Virus record (IMG/VR): IMGVR_UViG_3300020577_007794
Direction: 5' to 3' (one strand)
Source: a virus
Lineage: Duplodnaviria > Caudoviricetes
DNA length: 64,000 nt
The translations under genes were made by a program, and so were the position numbers. Shown one piece after another: positions 59,656 through 64,000 of this stretch. Each line of letters opens with the position of its first letter. Within the stretch, counting starts at the first letter, position 1. The notes under the pieces were generated by a model. It worked only from the letters and a program-made list of their open reading frames with translations. It searched no databases and had not been told where the DNA came from.

Positions 59656-60753
59656 ATGAATAGCTCAGATAAATTTTCAAGAAAGCTAGAGACAACATCC
59701 TTTACTGTTGAGAGTGCAGACGCACCTAAGGTAAAGTCTGGTGGGTCCTCTTCCAGCAATGTTATTAACAGGTATCACGAGGCAGTAGCTAAGGATGTTG
59801 CAGGACTTGCGTTAGCCACTAACCAACTTAGTGATAAAGCATCTAGAATATCTAACGCTGTAGCTGCGCAGAGCGGTGCCCTATCCAGTAATCTTAGTAC
59901 GCTAAGTGGAAGGTTGGATGCATTGGCGTCTGGTTCTACTTTACTTTTAGCTACACTATTTGATAACAAGTACATATCTACATCTGGGAGTGACACAACA
60001 GCAGAAGTTAATTCTCTTTTTGGTCAAGCAACTCTACCTATACGTTCACAGGTTAATCTTCTTACTCAACAAAATGTGCAAGATGATTACATAGTCTCAT
60101 CGGAAGTGAGGCTATCGTATTCTTATGAAGCTAACCCTGATCAGTTCCAGTTTACAGAAAGTAATGAAGGGATTGCTATGCTTCTAAGAAAACAGGCATG
60201 GATGGGGAGATCCGATCAACCTGTTTGGATTAAGTTGACTGCACCACTACAATACTTAGGCCTCCCTGCCAATATGATAGAGATATACCCTATGCCAGCA
60301 TTTAATTGCGCAATTAGCGATCTCTCATACCAATTAGCTGGTGCTGGCCCAGGAAGCACATGGTACGACGTAGACTGCTCATACCTTCCAAACTATAACC
60401 CATCCTCCTTGTTAGGTGATAATGTTCTAGAGATGATTGGTCCTGTACGAGCAGCCTTACCAGTTGTACCTATGGCTCAAATTAGATTTAGATTACATCC
60501 TTCTTCTGGTGTAAACTGGGGTCTTTTTGATTTAAGAGTTCTTAGTGTGGAGTTTGAACAAACTGGTGTACTAACTCTTATTAATCCGTACAACTCTACT
60601 GGTTTTTCATCTGCAACAATAAGAGGTAAAGATCCGTCAGATCTAGCTCAATTAACAACTAGTACAACATTGAATAAGTTTAGAATTGACCTATCTAGTA
60701 CTTCCTCACAAACTTCTCCAATAATCACTGGGGCTTTACTCTCATTATCTTAA
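59656..60753 (+). CDS. baseplate structural protein (paralogue family)
   Basis: Coiled coil followed by TAEVNSLFGQATLP. Confidence 0.6.
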   Translation: MNSSDKFSRKLETTSFTVESADAPKVKSGGSSSSNVINRYHEAVAKDVAGLALATNQLSDKASRISNAVAAQSGALSSNLSTLSGRLDALASGSTLLLATLFDNKYISTSGSDTTAEVNSLFGQATLPIRSQVNLLTQQNVQDDYIVSSEVRLSYSYEANPDQFQFTESNEGIAMLLRKQAWMGRSDQPVWIKLTAPLQYLGLPANMIEIYPMPAFNCAISDLSYQLAGAGPGSTWYDVDCSYLPNYNPSSLLGDNVLEMIGPVRAALPVVPMAQIRFRLHPSSGVNWGLFDLRVLSVEFEQTGVLTLINPYNSTGFSSATIRGKDPSDLAQLTTSTTLNKFRIDLSSTSSQTSPIITGALLSLS

Positions 60754-60760
60754 TTTTATG

Positions 60761-60799
60761 TGGTACTATATCCTTGTTAATCGTATAATATTAACGGGG
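60761..60799 (+). promoter_or_regulatory. sigma70-like -10 elements within a hairpin
   Basis: TGnTACTAT at 60761-60769; TATAAT at 60784-60789 in the loop of CCTTGTTAA/TTAACGGGG. Confidence 0.4.
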
Positions 60800-60803
60800 C
60801 TAT

Positions 60804-61415
60804 ATGGTTGCTACAGAAAATACTACAATAATTAATGACTCTACTGAATTAGCAAAAGCTGTAATTGCATTTAGAGAATCGAATGATGGGAAATCCCTCC
60901 ATGCTACTCTTGCAAAAATGGTTTACACTGCTTTTTCAAAACAAGGCTATAATCTTACAAAATTAAGAAGGGAAGAAAGAGAAGATCTAGTCTCTGATAT
61001 GGTGGAATTTGCTCTTGGAAAGCTTCATAAAAAAGTGGCTTCCCCTGAGGATAGATCTTTCGAAGGTTTAAGGGCTTGGAATAAAAGTGCCTTTAACTTT
61101 TTGATGATCAGCCTTAACTACCAAATAATGTATGTCTACAGGCAGAAGAAGAAGAGAGCCCATCTTTTAGATAGAAACTCTCACAAGATACTGCTCTCTG
61201 CATCCCCAACCACAAGAGAGTATTACGACATTGAGAGTTCATCTGAGAACTTGAAGACCCAATTTAGCAACCCGCTAGATGGTCAGGTTGCTATGCTTCT
61301 TGCCCAACAATACAGCAAAGTTGATATCTCAAGAGAACTAAATATTACACTTAAAAAGGTATATGCCTCAATAGAGAGGATAAAAAAAGAGTTATCGGAC
61401 AATATTGATATATAG
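60804..61415 (+). CDS. sigma-factor-like protein (regions 2 and 4)
   Basis: EREDLVSD...AL...SAFNFL; C-terminal HTH YSKVDISRELNITLKKVYASIERIKKEL. Confidence 0.7.
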   Translation: MVATENTTIINDSTELAKAVIAFRESNDGKSLHATLAKMVYTAFSKQGYNLTKLRREEREDLVSDMVEFALGKLHKKVASPEDRSFEGLRAWNKSAFNFLMISLNYQIMYVYRQKKKRAHLLDRNSHKILLSASPTTREYYDIESSSENLKTQFSNPLDGQVAMLLAQQYSKVDISRELNITLKKVYASIERIKKELSDNIDI

Positions 61416-61418
61416 ACC

Positions 61419-61766
61419 ATGGTTTCAATGTCTTTGAATGAGGCGGTTTCATTATTTGTAACTGCGAAAAGCGAACCTGGAGACGAAGTAGTTATCTCCA
61501 TTACGTATAACGGGGAAAGTAAGCCCCTTGTCTATTTAGATACTGCAAAGTTTTCTAGAGATACGGGAAAGACCGTGGAGTCGAGGCTAGACCTCACTCC
61601 CTACCTGCATGACAAATATAGGTGGAAGACAGAGATTCCCTCCGGTGGGGAAGTTTTGGATGGATACCATTCTTGGAGTGAGTATGTGAAGCAGTTCCTG
61701 CTTCCTGCAGTAGCAAGTGTCACCAATGCAGGTCTTAGAAAATTAAAGAAGGTAACCAAAATTTAA
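61419..61766 (+). CDS. hypothetical protein
   Basis: 115-aa ORF in the operon. Confidence 0.65.
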   Translation: MVSMSLNEAVSLFVTAKSEPGDEVVISITYNGESKPLVYLDTAKFSRDTGKTVESRLDLTPYLHDKYRWKTEIPSGGEVLDGYHSWSEYVKQFLLPAVASVTNAGLRKLKKVTKI

Positions 61767-62230
61767 TGACAAATCCATTTTTCGACCACGATGAGGAGGA
61801 AGATATGAGACCACAACTTCCACCAGAAACATTAGTTATCAACGGTTCCAGGAAGTCAGGGCAGTATGTAGTAGTATCCCAAGCTGCGGAAAAAGATCCA
61901 GTCAGAGACGCTCTTATGCTAGAGGTCTTCCTATCGACCAACCTTCCAAACAAAACTCTTGTCATCTTAGCAAAACTTCTAGCTGATAGAATGGCACAAA
62001 ACGAACAGTTGATGGCCCAACTAACAAGAAAGCCACCTGAGGAGCCAAAGAAAGAGCAGGACTCCTACGGGTTCTCTCCACCACTAACTGATGAAGAAAA
62101 AGAGTTTCTCAAAGAGGTTGATGAAGTTATAAGGGAAGCCTTCGAACGAGAAAAATCAGATGAAACAAAACCACCTAAAAAGCGAGGTAGGAAGCCTAAA
62201 AAAGAAGGTGGAGAAACTAAAGAAGACTAA
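61766..62230 (+). CDS. hypothetical protein with AT-hook-like basic tail
   Basis: KPPKKRGRKPKK near the C-terminus. Confidence 0.7.
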   Translation: MTNPFFDHDEEEDMRPQLPPETLVINGSRKSGQYVVVSQAAEKDPVRDALMLEVFLSTNLPNKTLVILAKLLADRMAQNEQLMAQLTRKPPEEPKKEQDSYGFSPPLTDEEKEFLKEVDEVIREAFEREKSDETKPPKKRGRKPKKEGGETKED

Positions 62231-62423
62231 ATCGGTATCTGGTAGTGGGGGACTCTCGTGGTCTCCCCCTAATGGTGGTGAACAGGTGACAATATTTGGG
62301 CAGACCTGCACAGTAATAACCAACCAATTATACCCCGACATGCTCATTATACTCACAGATAATGAAGTCCTAACTTTGAAGAAAGGATTCTACCCTTTAC
62401 GAGAAAAAAGAAATTACTACTAG
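62160..62423 (+). CDS. hypothetical protein (start uncertain)
   Basis: Fills the gap up to the GroES-like gene but overlaps the upstream gene by 71 nt. Confidence 0.45.
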   Translation: MKQNHLKSEVGSLKKKVEKLKKTKSVSGSGGLSWSPPNGGEQVTIFGQTCTVITNQLYPDMLIILTDNEVLTLKKGFYPLREKRNYY

Positions 62424-62424
62424 T

Positions 62425-63042
62425 ATGAAGTACAAACCACTTAATAACTATCTATCCTTGAAAATGATAGACAAAGCAGAGCAGGATATTCTTGTTCCTG
62501 ATCTCCTAGCTGCAGAGGATAGATGGGCAAATGTTTTAGAAGTAGGTGTAGGTGTTCCAGATATGAAAGGCAATCTTATAACTAGTTTGCTTGCTCCTGG
62601 AGATATTGCATATGTTATGGCACACGGTAGAGAGTTGGTCAGACTTAACTCTGCAGGGTTGGGGGAAGACATCTTCACAGCCAGTGAGCTCGATGTTATG
62701 TGCAAAGCCGAATTAGTTAAAGAAGAAGATAAGGAAGAAATTGTAGACGTGAAAATAGTTCCCCTTGGCATGTTTGTTGAGATTGAGAAGGTAGAACCAC
62801 CGAAGCCCAGTGTTCTTATAGTAGAGAGTAAAGCAGTTCCACCAACAGTTGCTGTAGTAAAGTCTGTGGGTGTTGGCTGGAAAGACTTCTTCGGAAACGA
62901 AGTTAAGCACCAAGTTAAGCCTGGGGATAAAATTGTTTTCGATCCTTACAAGGCCATGGTGTTAGATCTAGCACCTTTAGGCATAAAAGAGAAAAGATAC
63001 CTAATCCTTCATGGTGATATATGGGGCAAGGTAGAGGAATAA
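62425..63042 (+). CDS. groES: tandem two-domain co-chaperonin (GroES x2, Cpn20-like)
   Basis: KPLNNYL...VLEVGVG...LAPGD...ELDVM and VPLGMFV...VKSVGVG...VKPGDKIVF...GDIWGKV. Confidence 0.82.
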   Translation: MKYKPLNNYLSLKMIDKAEQDILVPDLLAAEDRWANVLEVGVGVPDMKGNLITSLLAPGDIAYVMAHGRELVRLNSAGLGEDIFTASELDVMCKAELVKEEDKEEIVDVKIVPLGMFVEIEKVEPPKPSVLIVESKAVPPTVAVVKSVGVGWKDFFGNEVKHQVKPGDKIVFDPYKAMVLDLAPLGIKEKRYLILHGDIWGKVEE

Positions 63043-63043
63043 G

Positions 63044-63469
63044 ATGAGAAGTTTAGACGAAATTTTAGCAGACTCAGCACGAGTCCAATACGAAGAAAAG
63101 TTGACCCAACTATTGGATGTCAATGAGTGGACGGAAGATAACAGAGACACTAGGCTTTTAGATGCGTTTGCTGTTATTAAAGATATCAGTACTCTCTCAG
63201 AAAGTGTTGTGAAACAATCTCTCGAGACCCTTATTGAAGGTGAATCAGTTATTGCACTCACAGTGAGAAAAGAACTTCTTTATGGCCTAATCACTTTCCT
63301 TCAGACAGTCAGATCTAACATTGATCTTATGCCGCAAGAAGAAGTTGATGCTTGTGCGTATAATTACACTTGGCTGAATGATAAGATAAGACTGCTCGTA
63401 GATGCGGTAAATGAACTAGAAAGGGATACGTCTAATGCTATGGCTGTTTCCCCAGTTGAGGATCTTTAA
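63044..63469 (+). CDS. hypothetical helical protein
   Basis: 141-aa ORF in the operon. Confidence 0.65.
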   Translation: MRSLDEILADSARVQYEEKLTQLLDVNEWTEDNRDTRLLDAFAVIKDISTLSESVVKQSLETLIEGESVIALTVRKELLYGLITFLQTVRSNIDLMPQEEVDACAYNYTWLNDKIRLLVDAVNELERDTSNAMAVSPVEDL

Positions 63470-63903
63470 TGCAAGCCGGTAATGTAGCTAGGGGGTATCT
63501 GTATCCTAACAATATGACATCCAGGTGCCCTATGTATTCACAGTGCAAGGTGACAGGTAAATGTCAGAGTTATGACAAACACTCCCTTATTTGCACTGTT
63601 TGTGAGCAAAGAGTTAGACCAGCTGCATATCTTGGTGGCTTTCTCCCAGAAGGTGAATTTGAACCTGATATCCAACAAGCTATGGTTGTTATTCAAAATG
63701 CTATGAATGCACCTATGGCAACCCCAGACTCTGACGGACAGAGAGTTGCTCAAGTGGATATGGTGCAGCAGAAGAAGATAGAACAAGCAAACGCAGTTAT
63801 GGATAGGATGATGGAAGCTGGTAAGATGACTCAAACTATGGAAGATGAGATTATCAATGTTTCCCCAGAAATTGCTGCACAGCTAGAAGACTTGAGGTAT
63901 TAA
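63469..63903 (+). CDS. Cys-rich putative metal-binding protein
   Basis: CPMYSQC...KC...CTVC. Confidence 0.65.
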   Translation: MQAGNVARGYLYPNNMTSRCPMYSQCKVTGKCQSYDKHSLICTVCEQRVRPAAYLGGFLPEGEFEPDIQQAMVVIQNAMNAPMATPDSDGQRVAQVDMVQQKKIEQANAVMDRMMEAGKMTQTMEDEIINVSPEIAAQLEDLRY

Positions 63904-64000
63904 TGCCAGCCGGTAGACCAAAGAAAGCACAATCAGAAAAAGTTATACACGAACCTAAGGTAGTTTCCAAGCCTATTATGATTAATGTAGGCTTTGACAA
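63903..64000 (+). CDS. 5' end of the next gene (partial)
   Basis: TAATG overlap; MPAGRPKK... open to the window edge. Confidence 0.55.
   Translation, partial: MPAGRPKKAQSEKVIHEPKVVSKPIMINVGFD

Noticed and set aside
2443-63834. Many 60-170 aa minus-strand and alternate-frame ORFs in the track
   Set aside because: Nested within long, coherent + strand genes, with no independent signals
1-64000. Stop-codon reassignment
   Set aside because: Standard code gives long, gap-free ORFs; TAA, TAG and TGA all terminate genes at sensible junctions

Overview
64 kb of a large contractile-tailed (myovirus-type, probably jumbo) phage genome. All credible genes are on the + strand, densely packed, and often joined by TAATG stop/start overlaps. 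Gene order: tail terminator-like gene, sheath, three tube-fold paralogues, tail assembly chaperones, two giant tape-measure/ejection-like proteins, hub, two cell-wall hydrolases, gp25/J/wedge genes, a fibre-like module, a long block of paralogous baseplate/fibre proteins, then a sigma-factor-like gene and small non-structural genes. Non-structural genes interrupt the structural operons: a metallophosphoesterase, a glycosyltransferase with a SEC-C motif, RuvC and GroEL. Most notable observations: (1) a Pro-initiated class 3 LAGLIDADG intein inside the GDGTTT ATP-binding motif of phage GroEL, plus a tandem Cpn20-like GroES; (2) PD-(D/E)XK, SNase-like and DEDDh nuclease domains buried in the two giant tail proteins; (3) a shared N-terminal tag on two unrelated peptidoglycan hydrolases; (4) a CTCTATTTG motif in front of each structural module, a candidate late promoter; (5) enrichment of A-S-G motifs in baseplate/fibre proteins near a glycosyltransferase, suggesting virion glycosylation. 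All calls come from reading motifs by eye; no database search was run. I saw no tRNA, rRNA or CRISPR array.
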